Part shown: piece after piece, positions 14,629-14,936 of the stretch
Layout of the letters: every line of letters begins with the position of its first letter
How positions within the stretch are numbered: position 1 is the stretch's first letter
Assembly (NCBI GenBank): GCA_003558085.1
Contig: PWMT01000113.1
Location: 1-14,936, forward strand
Direction: 5' to 3'
Origin: Methanobacteriaceae archaeon
GTDB taxonomy: Archaea; Methanobacteriota; Methanobacteria; Methanobacteriales; Methanobacteriaceae
DNA: 14,936 nt
Translations under genes and position numbers: made by a program
The notes under the pieces: model-generated
The model's input: the letters and a program-made list of their open reading frames with translations, nothing else
Database searches by the model: none
Told to the model about the DNA's origin: nothing

Positions 14629-14936
14629 ATGAGATCCTTTACTACAGTCACCCTTTCTGAGGAGATATCGGGGAAATTATATGGGCCTGAGAGATCCTTT
14701 ACCGGCATATTCAATACTCTAGGGGATTCTCAAGTTGGTGATGTAGTTATCAGGCATTGGATTGATAGTAAGGGCATTAAAATGGCCTATGATCGAAGGC
14801 TATGTGCGGTTATTACTCAGGAGCTTCGAGGAGATGCTGCTGCACTTGCTGCTGCACTGAATTTTCCAGTAATAGTGGTGGATAAAATTGAAATTGCTAA
14901 TGCTTTTGCCTTAAAATGGGCTATAGAAAAATTTGC
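14629..14936 (+). CDS. Mur-ligase family (pseudomurein peptide ligase) protein, N-terminal part; runs off the window
   Basis: Not in the ORF track. My translation is MRSFTTVTLSEEISGKLYGPERSFTGIFNTLGDSQVGDVVIRHWIDSKGIKMAYDRRLCAVITQELRGDAAALAAALNFPVIVVDKIEIANAFALKWAIEKF..., open to the window end and resembling a MurE/F-type N-terminal domain. SD AGGAG at 14613-14617, 14 nt after the mraY stop. The P-loop is outside the window, so the call is partly contextual. Confidence 0.78.
   Translation, partial: MRSFTTVTLSEEISGKLYGPERSFTGIFNTLGDSQVGDVVIRHWIDSKGIKMAYDRRLCAVITQELRGDAAALAAALNFPVIVVDKIEIANAFALKWAIEKF

Noticed and set aside
14631..14702. 12-bp direct repeat GAGATCCTTTAC 60 bp apart in the Mur ligase 5' end
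   Set aside because: In-frame repeat encoding RSFT twice with no frame disruption or element between; coincidence or an old micro-duplication.

Overview
AT-rich archaeal core-genome window from a pseudomurein-walled methanogen (Methanobacteriales, Methanobacterium-like). The assignment is inferred from the archaeal-type long PheS, the nikR-methyltransferase-hycI block and the ATP-grasp/MraY-like/Mur-ligase pseudomurein cluster. Gene order: on the minus strand, a partial PII-like protein, two DUF1538 membrane proteins and aroC; on the plus strand, an HhH-GPD glycosylase, a Cys-rich 4Fe-4S protein, hemB, a citG-like gene and pheS; on the minus strand, a tandem winged-helix protein and a CBS-pair protein; on the plus strand, nikR, a PRMT-like SAM methyltransferase, hycI, an ATP-grasp protein, an mraY-like gene and a partial Mur ligase. 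I found no mobile element, CRISPR array, tRNA or rRNA. The main observations are: (1) two genes (the upstream DUF1538 gene and hycI) have conserved N-termini with no in-frame ATG/GTG/TTG but an SD-like motif just before ATC/ATA, suggesting non-canonical starts; (2) an uncharacterised DUF1538-pair plus PII-like module; (3) a PRMT-like methyltransferase inside a nickel/hydrogenase operon; (4) tandem TAACC-N7-GGTT palindromes upstream of the Fe-S gene; (5) a near-perfect 47-bp tandem duplication upstream of the pseudomurein cluster. All product calls come from motif recognition by eye; no database searches were run.
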